A DNA stretch of 54,526 nt from Promethearchaeota archaeon. Lineage in GTDB: Archaea > Asgardarchaeota > Hermodarchaeia > Hermodarchaeales > Hermodarchaeaceae. Position 1 is the first letter of the stretch; each line of letters opens with the position of its first letter. A program made the position numbers and the translations under genes. Location: the NCBI GenBank assembly GCA_048939625.1, contig JBHLPH010000014.1, positions 1 to 54,526 on the forward strand. The letters run 5' to 3'. The notes beneath the pieces are model-generated. The model saw nothing but the letters and a program-made list of their open reading frames with translations. It ran no database searches and was not told the origin of the DNA. Shown here piece after piece: positions 1 through 9,993 of the stretch.

Positions 1-75
1 CCATGTGTACAGCAAGTCACACTTGCTTCTAAAGAAACCCGAGGGTCGCGGGTTCAAGTCCCGCCGAGCCCGCCA
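1..75 (+). tRNA. 3' part of an intron-containing tRNA, probably tRNA-Lys(UUU); truncated by the window edge
   Basis: 3' exon 37-75 reads A-CCCGA-GGGTC-GCGGG-TTCAAGT-CCCGC-CGAGCCC-G-CCA. The preceding intron ends AAAG-AA, so the BHB helix partner would be C32-U33-U34-U35. G73 and the exon pattern fit archaeal Lys. The anticodon itself lies outside the window. Confidence 0.7.
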
Positions 76-123
76 ATATTATTTTTAATTTCTTGTTATT
101 TGAACTGAATCGTGAAAAAAGAG

Positions 124-276
124 TGGTGCGGGGGCTGGGAATTTCCATTGTTCCTAATTATTAGGAACAGTTTTTGAACCCAGGAACGCCTACACGACAG
201 GGTTCTGAGCCCTGCGCCTTTAGCCCTTCAAAGGGTTCCAGAACTTTGAAGATTGGCCAAGCTTGGCTACCCCCGC
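124..276 (-). tRNA. tRNA-Leu(CAG) with two non-canonical introns (D-loop and T-loop 59/60)
   Basis: Reverse complement: GCGGGGGTAGCCAAGCTTGGCCAA[~33 nt hairpin]AGGCGCAGGG-CT-CAG-AA-CCCTG, long variable arm, CTGGGTTCAAA[~32 nt hairpin]TCCCAGCCCCCGC-A-CCA. Confidence 0.92.
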
Positions 277-384
277 ATTCTTTGACTGAAGGGCAGAACT
301 CCTTTTCGCCTTTAGAATGAAATAAACCTTTGCCCTGATTTTCAATCTGTCAGAATCTTATCCTATCTACAACAAAGATGAAAA

Positions 385-577
385 TGAAAGCCAGAATCCA
401 GCCTTTATCCCTAGATATTGACCAAACTCTGGCACCGTTGCCCGAAACTTACCTATCGAGAAGACGATAGTGTTCGGTTCCTGAATCATCGACGAGCACT
501 GCCCGAAGGGCTGTAACCTCTTGCCTCAAAACAGGCGTTTTTGGTCTCCGTCCAACTAGCGGCGACACAACACTATT
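385..577 (-). ncRNA. candidate structured non-coding RNA of unknown family
   Basis: Intergenic run of hairpins: GCCC-TTCG-GGC, CTATCG-6nt-CGATAG and GCCT..AGGC. 8-bp inverted repeat at 467-474/569-576. TATA-like TTTTATA on the minus strand at ~588-594. Confidence 0.35.
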
Positions 578-693
578 CGAATTTCAGTATAAAAACACCA
601 AAACCTCTGGCACCCTTGTATAACAAGCAGGTAAATGTGCTATTCTCGGGTATGAGATAAAGTTATTTTCTTAATACAAATATACGAGCGAAC

Positions 694-1542
694 GTGCCTT
701 CTTCAATTCCTTCTTCAACACAACGGTTGTGGCGTCGTTTACTTCGAAATGCTGCAGGTTTAGGCCGATTACGAGTATTAGACTGTATAACTGATGGAAG
801 CTGTCATGAGACAATTGGAACAGGTGCAGGGGGGGACATCACTAAGCAGTTTGACGCGATCGCTGAACAAACGATGGTTGAGTATGTAGCACGTTTTGCA
901 TCATTCACACTTATGAGCGAGGAAACTGGGGTCACACAGGTTGGAAACAATCCTGAAGGATTCTTGATTATGGACCCGATTGATGGTAGTACAAACGTTA
1001 ATCACAACATTCGGTTTGCATGCATTGCCATTGCTTATGCATCAGAATTAGTCTTTGACGAAGTTGAAGTAGCGGTTGTAATGGATCTATTTTCAGGTAA
1101 AAGCTATCATGCAATTAAAGGGTGTGGCGCGTTTTGTGACCAGACCCGAATCAGTTCCACAGGAACATCCTCCAGTGAGATACAGTTAGTGGGGGTTGAC
1201 GCTGTATATCCTCCTGAATCCTTAGAGAGGTTTTCAAAGGAAACCGGAGAGAAAACAATTCAATACACAAGGCATTTCGGAGCCAATGCATTGGAAATGT
1301 GTTTTGTTGCGGATGGCTCTCTTGACGGATTCATCGATCTTCGAGGAGTGTTCCGAGGAACGGATCTAGCTGCGGTAAGTCTCATTCTAAAGGAGGCCGG
1401 GGCGACTCTAGTCAATGAAAAAGGGGCTGTAATCAATGGACCCTGCACAAATGAAGCCCGATATTCCTATATTGCCGCACGGAATCAACAGGTAGCAAAT
1501 AAACTCCTTAAACTAACGTCAATGAAGAAAACGGAACAATAG
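694..1542 (+). CDS. inositol monophosphatase / fructose-1,6-bisphosphatase (FIG family)
   Basis: Motifs GAGGDIT..D, SEE, DPIDGSTN, GANALE and D-L-A-A. Confidence 0.9.
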   Translation: MPSSIPSSTQRLWRRLLRNAAGLGRLRVLDCITDGSCHETIGTGAGGDITKQFDAIAEQTMVEYVARFASFTLMSEETGVTQVGNNPEGFLIMDPIDGSTNVNHNIRFACIAIAYASELVFDEVEVAVVMDLFSGKSYHAIKGCGAFCDQTRISSTGTSSSEIQLVGVDAVYPPESLERFSKETGEKTIQYTRHFGANALEMCFVADGSLDGFIDLRGVFRGTDLAAVSLILKEAGATLVNEKGAVINGPCTNEARYSYIAARNQQVANKLLKLTSMKKTEQ

Positions 1543-1551
1543 GTCAAAAAA

Positions 1552-1842
1552 TTAGTCGTTTATTGTCTCAAGAATGGAAACAGCATTCCAAATTCCTGTT
1601 CTAGCATGACTGGGACAATTGGGGTCTAATGTGGCGTCACCCAGTCGAGAAATGGCATTAGACGCGCGAACTGCCGCTGAACCTAATTCACCATGAAGCA
1701 ATTCAATCGCTTCATTGGCAGCTCGACGAATATTTCGAGGAACTGTGCTATCCTCACCAATCTGTGAGAGAATCATTGTGGCTTGGTCAATCTTTTGCAT
1801 TGACTCCTCTGAAAGCTCTTCAGTTTTATTTGGATCAGCCAT
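1552..1842 (-). CDS. UPF0147 family protein
   Basis: [18 protein letters not shown] and DPNCP.HART.IW signature. ATG at 1842 chosen because it follows a G-rich SD-like run. Confidence 0.88.
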   Translation of the reverse strand: MADPNKTEELSEESMQKIDQATMILSQIGEDSTVPRNIRRAANEAIELLHGELGSAAVRASNAISRLGDATLDPNCPSHARTGIWNAVSILETIND

Positions 1843-1932
1843 ACGGATATCCCCCCAGGAAGTTATCTTGTGGGTTCGATTTGGAGATACCAAGATTACT
1901 TAAAAGCTTTTTTCACTGATAATTAGAACTGT

Positions 1933-2289
1933 ATGTCAGATGATGAAATAACCAAACGGATGGGGCAGTTGCTTCGGAAAGGCGCTGCTTTGCTCAACAC
2001 AGCTTGTCCCAAGTGCAATACTCCCCTTCTCAGACTAAAGGATGGAACGATGTATTGTGCTAAATGTGACAAAGAAGTTGTCGAACAAAAGGCTGAAACC
2101 CCCAAGATTGCTCAACAGGATGCAAATGATGATCTCATGAACCTCCTTGCGTCAAAAGTTCTATCAAGCCTTGCTATTCTACTTCAATCGCTTCCAGAGA
2201 ACCCTCACACCGAAGAGATTCGCGTCTTTGCACAAACAGCTAAGGACCTGATTGAGATTCTGAAAGGTATTCAGCAATTGCAGCGGTAA
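1933..2289 (+). CDS. UPF0148 / autoantigen-p27-like Zn-ribbon protein
   Basis: M..LL.KGA.LL...CP.C..PL......G..YC..C. Divergent from UPF0147, a common archaeal pairing. Confidence 0.85.
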   Translation: MSDDEITKRMGQLLRKGAALLNTACPKCNTPLLRLKDGTMYCAKCDKEVVEQKAETPKIAQQDANDDLMNLLASKVLSSLAILLQSLPENPHTEEIRVFAQTAKDLIEILKGIQQLQR

Positions 2290-2295
2290 GGTGAA

Positions 2296-4587
2296 TCATT
2301 CCTCTACTTCATAGTGGGCGTCGAGTGTCTCTCGAATGGTTTGAGCCTTAGTTTTTCCGATCCCATGGACTTCTGCCAACTCCTCAGCTGTGGCATTAAT
2401 TAGTTCAGTAATATTCTGAAACTTTGCTAAGAGACGTTTTGCCAAAGTTGTATTAACACCTGGAAGCCCCGCAACGATAAACTCCTGGAGAGAGGAAATA
2501 CTCAGAACAGGTTTCTTCCCGCGTATACTCAAGGTCATCTTTTGAGAACTCTGTTCTTGCCGCGCAATGATAAACATCAGTGCGGCTGCCTCTTCAGGAG
2601 TTTTTACATTGATGACAGGAATGTTGAAGCTGGTTAATGCAGCTGATATCGCTCCGCGGATTGCAGCGGGGTTGATACCACTTGACCCATATAGGCTAGG
2701 TCCAGTTATGAGAAGTACTGGTATTTCGAAACTGTCTTTTAATGCACCTAATTGTTGGAATAGCCGCTTATCAATAATCGATTGAGCAAAATCGTCTGAG
2801 GTTTTTGCTTCGACCGCAACCCGGTCAGATAAAATATAGTCTGCTACTTCTAAAGTTTCAACCTCGAGTGTAATATCCAAGTTTTTCAATGCCTTTGTGA
2901 TGGCAGACCGAAGTTCTCTGTTGTCCACAATAATTTTCGTTTCGGTTTCAGTTTGGGGTGATTCTTCTTGCTTTTTTGATTCCATGAAATCTTTCAAGGT
3001 TGATTGTTTTCTTTCTTGTTCGATATCTCGGGACATCTTCTTCATCTCTTTGAGCAGATCTTTCATTTTTGCTTCTCGGTGTATTGAAGCCCAATAATAC
3101 CCTTGATCACGAGTGCCTAATGCCACCAAAACAATAACTCGTCCTGGTTGAGTTCTAGCCGTTCGACCGCGTCTTTGTATGAGGCGTACAGCACTTGGAA
3201 CCGCCTCATAAAAAATCACCAAGTCACATTCTTGAATGTCTAGCCCTTCTTCGCCAACACTGGTAGCTACAAGTACGTTGTAAGTTCCCTCACTAAATAA
3301 CTGGAGGATTTCACCTTGTTCTTTTTGAGTTAGACCGCGGTCGCCCGCCCGTGTGGCTTGACCTACAAACCTAATCGGTCGCGATTTTGTCATAGCAGAA
3401 AGGCTTGTCTCGATTAATCGGGCAGTATCACGAAATCGAGTAAATACCATGATGCGAGAGCTAGGAGTTTCCGCTAATTGGTGTTGGACAATAGTGACTA
3501 GTTTCTCAAGTTTAGGGTGCTCAACGTCGCTTGTAATTAGCTTGGTAACTAGTTTTTGAGCTTCTAACACATTGGGATCTTGAAAAAGGCCTTGAACCGC
3601 TTTTGATGCCTTTCTTCGCTTGGTTTCTTGTTGAAGTGCGTCAAAATAACGATGAAGAGCACCTACACCTTGAGTTTCTAACAATTCAACGCAATGATAT
3701 AACCGAATTATAGCAGCACAGTGTGAGACTAGTTGAAAAAGTTGACTAGGAGGCGAAGAGGTATTAGCGATTTGATGTTGCAGGTCACGCTGAATTTGTA
3801 AAACCTGTCGAACAGAAACGTTTCTGGGATCAGTAGAAGAAATCAAATCAGCGTCCTTTATTGGAATGAGGCGTTCCCTAATAGCGCGTCGAAGGGCCTT
3901 AGCCACATTGAGAAATTCGTCGGGCAATTTTATTTCAAGCCATTCAAAATCAACTCGGGGAAGATAAGGGGCAACATCTGGACTTTCTCGCGTTCGTAGT
4001 TCAATGTTCTCAATGCTGAGGTTGGATACGATTTCTCGAATCTTTTCAATCTCAGATCCAGGCGAGGCTGTCAGTGCTAAAATAAGTGGTGAGTGACTAT
4101 GCTTTTGGTATTGACTGGCAATGAAAACGTATGCGTAATCACCGATAGCTCTATGTGCTTCATCGAAGACGAGTAACGAGACATCTTGAAGTGAATATCG
4201 TCCTGCTAATAGATCGTTTTGGAGAACTTGGGGTGTCATTAAAGCAATTTTGAAGTCGTTCCAAAGAGCTTGGCGTTTTTGTGGGGCAATTTCACCGGTA
4301 ATAATTACGATTTGATCTTCTGGGATTGACATGAACTCGCAGAAGGTCTTCAAATGTTGAAGAACCAGTGGTTTGGTTGGAGCCAGAATGATAGATTTTG
4401 AATTCGGAAATTTCTGCAATCGAAAAGCGGCTGCTAATACTGCAAGAATTGTTTTACCAACGCCAGTGGGTAGAACAACGAGAGTGTTCCATTTAACGGC
4501 AGTACCGATTATGGTTTCTTGATAAAGTCGTTTTTGAATGCTGTTGGGTTTAATGAAGGGGTGTTGGACGTATTCCGGCTCTGTCAT
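2296..4587 (-). CDS. hef: Hef, FANCM-like DEAH helicase fused to ERCC4/XPF nuclease and HhH
   Basis: LPTGVGKT, DEAH, TASPG, EEGLDI and QRRGRTAR; C-terminal IIVD.RE..D...EAK nuclease; tandem HhH (GLPGV, VHGIG). Confidence 0.95.
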   Translation of the reverse strand: MTEPEYVQHPFIKPNSIQKRLYQETIIGTAVKWNTLVVLPTGVGKTILAVLAAAFRLQKFPNSKSIILAPTKPLVLQHLKTFCEFMSIPEDQIVIITGEIAPQKRQALWNDFKIALMTPQVLQNDLLAGRYSLQDVSLLVFDEAHRAIGDYAYVFIASQYQKHSHSPLILALTASPGSEIEKIREIVSNLSIENIELRTRESPDVAPYLPRVDFEWLEIKLPDEFLNVAKALRRAIRERLIPIKDADLISSTDPRNVSVRQVLQIQRDLQHQIANTSSPPSQLFQLVSHCAAIIRLYHCVELLETQGVGALHRYFDALQQETKRRKASKAVQGLFQDPNVLEAQKLVTKLITSDVEHPKLEKLVTIVQHQLAETPSSRIMVFTRFRDTARLIETSLSAMTKSRPIRFVGQATRAGDRGLTQKEQGEILQLFSEGTYNVLVATSVGEEGLDIQECDLVIFYEAVPSAVRLIQRRGRTARTQPGRVIVLVALGTRDQGYYWASIHREAKMKDLLKEMKKMSRDIEQERKQSTLKDFMESKKQEESPQTETETKIIVDNRELRSAITKALKNLDITLEVETLEVADYILSDRVAVEAKTSDDFAQSIIDKRLFQQLGALKDSFEIPVLLITGPSLYGSSGINPAAIRGAISAALTSFNIPVINVKTPEEAAALMFIIARQEQSSQKMTLSIRGKKPVLSISSLQEFIVAGLPGVNTTLAKRLLAKFQNITELINATAEELAEVHGIGKTKAQTIRETLDAHYEVEE

Positions 4588-4702
4588 GCAAATCGCAGCA
4601 CATTTTTTAGTATAATAGAGTATTTTTTGTCTGAAATCACTTTATTACCCGCATTTATATTACACTATATTCCACGTGTTTGTGAAGAGGAGTGTATTCA
4701 AT

Positions 4703-5035
4703 ATGTCAAAACCCAATGCTCACTCTATGGCTGAAGCGGAAGTGTACGAACTACAGATGCCTGGAAACATTATTGGAAAAGAAGTCATCGATGGAAGTGC
4801 CCGGCGAATCGGGATTGTGCGTAGCCTTCGAATTATGTTACCCCCAGGGAAAGTCGAATTACAAGTCAAAGGATTGGGTGTTGAGCTGCCTGTTGATGTA
4901 TCCAACATTACAGCCGTAGGGAATGTTATTCAGCTAGCGAACACAGTCAAAGAAGCTGAAGAGATTTCAATAGCTGATGTGCAGCGCCTTCGAGATGAAA
5001 CTTGGAAAGAAGTTCAAGGACTCATCATCCGGTAG
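4703..5035 (+). CDS. PRC-barrel domain protein
   Basis: IIGKEVID..ARRIG.V and I.AVG.VI.L pattern. Start codon uncertain. Confidence 0.7.
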   Translation: MSKPNAHSMAEAEVYELQMPGNIIGKEVIDGSARRIGIVRSLRIMLPPGKVELQVKGLGVELPVDVSNITAVGNVIQLANTVKEAEEISIADVQRLRDETWKEVQGLIIR

Positions 5036-5104
5036 AGAATGCACATTATGGAAAAGCCATAATTTTATCTTTGACGTCGAAAATTCTTAGACCGGCAAAA
5101 TACG

Positions 5105-7042
5105 ATGAGTAAAAAGAAAAGGAAGCCGTACTTGGGTCCACTGTTACTTGCATGGTGTGATCATTGCAATGTACCATTGGTAAAACAAGTGCGTTGTGGT
5201 CGATGTGGATCAAAAACGAGATCTGTCCCAGTGACACCACCAGGTGATGCACGACCTGCCTTTGATACCGATCGTGAGCAAATTCTTGCGACAATTACAC
5301 GCCAATTTGGTAGAAGTGTCGCGCAAAAGTTTCTTCCTGCAGATAAAATTGTCCTGCTAAATGCAATACCTGATATTGATTGTTGTGAGGAAATTATAGT
5401 TGATGGACAAATTGTGGGCCTCCATCGCTTCCATATCGATACGCTTTCATGGGAATTCATTCCCAAAATGGAAGGTGCACGACGACTCGTTGAACTCACT
5501 GATTCTAAACAAGTTATAATCGAAGATTCTGCTGTTCCGTTCATTGTTAAGGGCGCGAATCTGCTTAGACCTGGTGTATTAAATGCAGATGATTCGATTC
5601 GTTTAGGTGAAATTGTAATTGGAGTGACAAAGCGAAGAGAAGCTGTGCTTGTAGGCATTGCACAAATGACAGGACTAGAAATGCAAACAAAAGCCCGAGG
5701 AATAGCTGTCAAGAAACAATACAAAGCAGAAGCGCGCGCCGCTCAGCATCTCTCAGCAGGACAATCATGGACTACCGTCTTAGAAGCTAATGCTGAAATC
5801 CTGCATGAAATTGAAAGCGAGGCCATTGCATTTGTGGAAAACACGGCTGAGAAATATCATCTGCCCTTAGTTGTTGCATTTTCAGGGGGAAAAGATAGCT
5901 TAGCTGTGCTCTTGCTAGTGAAAAAAACTCTGCCTGAACATTCATATCACATAATGTTCATCAATACTGGAATTGAATTCCCTGAAACCGTTGACAACGT
6001 GTATTCAACGGTAACCCATTATGGTTTGCAGAATCAGTTACTCGTGAAGAATGTCGAGAAAGATCAGTTTTTCCGTGTACTCGAATTGTATGGGTTTGTT
6101 GCTAGAGATTATCGTGTCTGTTGTAAAACTGTGAAACTAGGACCCACCAGTCAACTCATTGAAGAGCACTTTCCTGATGGCTGTTTAAGTTTCATCGGTC
6201 AACGACGTTATGAGTCCCACCGACGCTCAGCAAGTCGACGAATTTGGAAAAATCCGTGGGTACCCAAACAAGTTGGGGCTAGCCCTATTCATAATTGGAC
6301 TGCTATGATGATTTGGCTGTATATTTTCAGAGAAAAAGCACCTTACAACCCACTATACGAAGCGGGCTTCGAAAGAATTGGGTGTATGTTTTGTCCTGCC
6401 TCAACTATGAGTGAATTAACAATAATTGCTGACAAATGCCCTTCTGAGTGGCAAAGGTGGGAATCACATGCAGAAGAAGTTGCCAAACGCCAAGGAATGA
6501 ATGAAGAATGGTTACACCATGGATTCTGGCGTTGGAAGAATCATCCACCGAAAATCCGAGAATTGGCTCGCCAAATGAAGATTGATTTGCAATCACACTA
6601 CGTTGACCAAGAGGGAGAACCCTTAACATTTGCATTAGAACTTGAACATGAACCTAATGGTGAGGTGGTTCGTGGAAGATTCAATAAGCCAATTGACATT
6701 TTTCGGGCAACTGCGTTTCTTCCTGCACTAGGTGATGTTATTGTTGATTTGGAACGAAGGATGATTGAAGTTACAATCCCAAGGAAGGAAGCAAAATTGA
6801 AGGCTTTCTTCTTTGAAAGTGGTTATTTTTCATTTTCAGGTTCTGTAACAAATAAGACAGCCGATCGATTCGCGCGAACAGTACTCAGAGCCCTGCTTTG
6901 TACTGCATGTGGTACTTGTCAGTCTCTTTGTGGCAATGAGGCTATTTCCATTAAAACAAACCAAGCGCGGATTATTAAAGAAAAATGCAGTCAGTGTGGG
7001 GAATGCTTGCGCGGTAAATGTCCTTCTCTATATGCTCACTAA
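5105..7042 (+). CDS. PAPS-reductase/FAD-synthetase family protein with N-terminal Zn ribbon, PUA domain and C-terminal ferredoxin
   Basis: WC..CNVP; PUA motif GANLLRPGV; PP-loop SGGKDS; CC..K; RIGC..CP; two CxxCxxC clusters. Confidence 0.88.
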   Translation: MSKKKRKPYLGPLLLAWCDHCNVPLVKQVRCGRCGSKTRSVPVTPPGDARPAFDTDREQILATITRQFGRSVAQKFLPADKIVLLNAIPDIDCCEEIIVDGQIVGLHRFHIDTLSWEFIPKMEGARRLVELTDSKQVIIEDSAVPFIVKGANLLRPGVLNADDSIRLGEIVIGVTKRREAVLVGIAQMTGLEMQTKARGIAVKKQYKAEARAAQHLSAGQSWTTVLEANAEILHEIESEAIAFVENTAEKYHLPLVVAFSGGKDSLAVLLLVKKTLPEHSYHIMFINTGIEFPETVDNVYSTVTHYGLQNQLLVKNVEKDQFFRVLELYGFVARDYRVCCKTVKLGPTSQLIEEHFPDGCLSFIGQRRYESHRRSASRRIWKNPWVPKQVGASPIHNWTAMMIWLYIFREKAPYNPLYEAGFERIGCMFCPASTMSELTIIADKCPSEWQRWESHAEEVAKRQGMNEEWLHHGFWRWKNHPPKIRELARQMKIDLQSHYVDQEGEPLTFALELEHEPNGEVVRGRFNKPIDIFRATAFLPALGDVIVDLERRMIEVTIPRKEAKLKAFFFESGYFSFSGSVTNKTADRFARTVLRALLCTACGTCQSLCGNEAISIKTNQARIIKEKCSQCGECLRGKCPSLYAH

Positions 7043-7146
7043 AATAGCCGATTCAAATCGTTATTGGTATTTAGTTGCAAGAAAAGCTTTTCAAGATACA
7101 TCGATGATTGGTATTTTCTCCATGAATCATCGATGAGCGATTGATT

Positions 7147-9030
7147 ATGAGTGAGGATGTTCAGAGCACGATTTCACTTTACAAACGTCTCTTCAGTTTG
7201 CCAGGTGACCGTACACAGGTTTTGATAATTATATTTGCCTCACTGATTGTTGGCGGAACAACAGAACTTCTCCGATATCTTGGAGGTAGCCCATTTACAG
7301 TAATGGTGTTTTTAAGGGGAGCGCTGCGCGGTTTGATTATTACGGTCCCTGCAGCACTAGTGACTTTGCTTGCATTCCGTTTAGGTACAAGGAAAGGGAC
7401 CATTCTGAACTGGCATCGACTTTTAGGTGTTGTAACATCTGCAGTTATTGTACTCTTACTTAGCTGGTTTCTCTCAACGCTTATTGGTTGGGCAATTGAA
7501 CTTATTTTCAAACTGCATTATGGTCCTTTAGCGGGAGGGGGGATTGCTACAATGTTTTATCTGCGTAATCTCATTCTCGCAGGCGCATTTGCTTCAGCAA
7601 TCCTTCTACTAATTGTGTTAAGTACAAGCCGCGTTGGGGTTACTACGGGGGTTCTTTTGTCACTTGCCTTTCCAACAACGGCTATGGTCATGTATGTTCT
7701 AACTGAACCGGTTCCAACACAAGGAATCTTTCTAATCATTTATTTCCTCTGTGCCTTGGCATTTATTAGCGCTTCTTGGATTTTACTGACAGCAGTTGGA
7801 CGTCCGTTGAAGAAGGCTTTCAACGTTGATGGAATTCATATGTTTCGTGGTTTTCTGGAAGTCTGGATGGAGGACCGCGCTGACCTCATGGAAGAAAGTC
7901 TTACTCAAATTGGTGAAGAAAGGACTCTTCCACTTTCTATTATCAAATTCTCAACGGAAACTGCTAATCCGTTGTTTGTACAGGTTATACCAGGGATGCA
8001 TCCCGGTCCTTTCAGGAATACTGGTAGCAGTGGATTGTCTACTCGAATTGGTGAATGGGGGAGAACAACGCTTAATGCGATTGCATGTTCGCCACATAGT
8101 GCTTCTACCCATGATTTGAACCTCGTCTCTAAGGAGGAGGTTGAACGATTCATGGAGATGTTGAAGTCTGCATATGAGCTGACAGAACCCATCAAAGACA
8201 TGAGTCAATTTTCTCGCGCATCGTCAGGTACTATACATGCTGGTTGTCAAATCTTTGGAGATACTGCGGTTATCCTCTTCACACGTTCACCCATTGAAAT
8301 GGATGATATAAGCTTGGGAGTTGCTGAACAGATTTGTTCGGAGGTAAAAGACCTCGTGAAACAGTGTATTATCATTGATACACATAATTGCATGAGTGCG
8401 CTCAAAGAATCTGTTTATGAGGATTCAGAATTAGTTCCTGATCTGATTAAAGCAGCAAAAGCTGCAATTAAGCAGGCGTTAAAAACGAAACGCGGTAAAC
8501 CAAAAATTGGTGTCGCACAACGCCGAGATACGGGGTTCACCAAAGGCGAAGGAATGGGCTCAGAGGGCATAACAGTATCAATCATTGAGGTAGCAGGTCA
8601 AAAGATGGCCTATGTCCTTATCGATGGAAACAACATGATAGTTGGGTTGAGAGAAAAATTAGTTCATGCTCTTGTTCCGAAATATGTTGATGTTGCTGAA
8701 ATTATGACTTCAGACACGCATCAAACAGCTGCGATTTCTGCATCGAATGGGTATAGTCCTATTGGAGAATTAATCCCTCACAAAGAATTAACAGATTTAG
8801 TAATTAAGCTTGTATCCGAAGCTTCTTCTGATCTTCAACGAACTGATGTATCCCTTTATCATGGAAAGACGCCCCCTCTTGCTGTTATGGGTGAAGGAAC
8901 CGTTGAAAAATTAACTAGTCTGATTCCCGTTTCAGCAAGCATAGCAAAACGGGGAGGAATTACCCTTTATGCGATTGCATTCATTATCTCCCTAATCTTA
9001 CTTCTCTTCGTCCTTCCACTTCCGTTGTGA
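7147..9030 (+). CDS. DUF2070 family membrane protein
   Basis: Multiple N-terminal TM helices; HPGPF...GSS, H.ASTHD.N, IDTHN, DGNN and TSDTH. Confidence 0.85.
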   Translation: MSEDVQSTISLYKRLFSLPGDRTQVLIIIFASLIVGGTTELLRYLGGSPFTVMVFLRGALRGLIITVPAALVTLLAFRLGTRKGTILNWHRLLGVVTSAVIVLLLSWFLSTLIGWAIELIFKLHYGPLAGGGIATMFYLRNLILAGAFASAILLLIVLSTSRVGVTTGVLLSLAFPTTAMVMYVLTEPVPTQGIFLIIYFLCALAFISASWILLTAVGRPLKKAFNVDGIHMFRGFLEVWMEDRADLMEESLTQIGEERTLPLSIIKFSTETANPLFVQVIPGMHPGPFRNTGSSGLSTRIGEWGRTTLNAIACSPHSASTHDLNLVSKEEVERFMEMLKSAYELTEPIKDMSQFSRASSGTIHAGCQIFGDTAVILFTRSPIEMDDISLGVAEQICSEVKDLVKQCIIIDTHNCMSALKESVYEDSELVPDLIKAAKAAIKQALKTKRGKPKIGVAQRRDTGFTKGEGMGSEGITVSIIEVAGQKMAYVLIDGNNMIVGLREKLVHALVPKYVDVAEIMTSDTHQTAAISASNGYSPIGELIPHKELTDLVIKLVSEASSDLQRTDVSLYHGKTPPLAVMGEGTVEKLTSLIPVSASIAKRGGITLYAIAFIISLILLLFVLPLPL

Positions 9031-9101
9031 AGCTGGTGTTTCATAACCCTTTTTAGCAGTATAACGTTTTGTAACGATATTCAATTTGGGCGGATTCAAC
9101 A

Positions 9102-9680
9102 GTGAAACTCTTTGAAATACGATTTCACGGACGCGGTGGCCAAGGAGCCGTCACAGGAGCTAAAATCCTAGGCGCTGCTACAAGATTAGAAGATAAGTAC
9201 TTCCAAGCCTTTGCCCATTATGGTGCTGAAAGACGCGGAGCCCCGGTAATGGCATTCACACGAGTCGCTGACGAACCCATTCGAATACATAGCTATATTT
9301 ACGAACCTGAGGCTATCGTCGTTCTCGATGAAACATTGCTAGATAACCCTACTGTGAAAGCGGGTCTAAAAGATGGAACATTTTTAGTTATTAATACGCC
9401 ACGATTACCGGGAGAAATCAAATTACCTGTAAAGGCAAAGATATCTACTGTCGATGCAACAAAAATTGCTTTAGACGAGGGCATTTTAGTTGCTGGTATC
9501 GCGGTCGTTAATACCATCATGCTAGGAGCAGTTGTGAGAGCCACTAATATCGCTTCGATTGAAAGTGTGAAGAAAGCAATTCGAAAGGGCTTAGAAGGGC
9601 TCCCGGAGAAAGTGATTGAGACCAATGTTGAAGCAGCCCAACGTGCTTACAAGGAGCTCAATATGGGGTATTCATTATGA
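9102..9680 (+). CDS. porG: pyruvate/2-ketoisovalerate:ferredoxin oxidoreductase gamma subunit
   Basis: EIRFHGRGGQGAVT, YGAERRGAPV and NTIMLGA. Confidence 0.93.
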   Translation: MKLFEIRFHGRGGQGAVTGAKILGAATRLEDKYFQAFAHYGAERRGAPVMAFTRVADEPIRIHSYIYEPEAIVVLDETLLDNPTVKAGLKDGTFLVINTPRLPGEIKLPVKAKISTVDATKIALDEGILVAGIAVVNTIMLGAVVRATNIASIESVKKAIRKGLEGLPEKVIETNVEAAQRAYKELNMGYSL

Positions 9681-9973
9681 CACCACTAAAACGCGATCCA
9701 CCAGATAGACGTATTACTTGTATTACCTATCCTGAGCCTGGGGCAATGGGTCGGACTGGTGATTGGCGAATATTTCGTCCTGTCGTAGACAATGACAAAT
9801 GCACTGGTTGTCAGACATGTTGGATGTTTTGCCCAGATGCAGCCATTACAATGGATGAGAATAACAAACCCATCATTAATCTAGAATATTGTAAGGGGTG
9901 CATGATTTGTGAAACAAATTGCCCTGTAAAGGCAATTACCCGTGTTCGCGAAACTGAAGCAGACATTGAGTGA
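9677..9973 (+). CDS. porD: POR/VOR delta subunit (2x4Fe-4S)
   Basis: TGDWR..RP and two CxxCxxCxxxCP motifs. Confidence 0.93.
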   Translation: MTPLKRDPPDRRITCITYPEPGAMGRTGDWRIFRPVVDNDKCTGCQTCWMFCPDAAITMDENNKPIINLEYCKGCMICETNCPVKAITRVRETEADIE

Positions 9974-9993
9974 ATTATTAGTGAAGTGAAAAA

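Noticed and set aside
385-580. RNase P RNA, SRP RNA or hammerhead ribozyme
   Set aside because: No GAGGAAAGUCC or ACAGAA..CGGCUUA, no SRP helix-8 motif and no CUGAnGA core.
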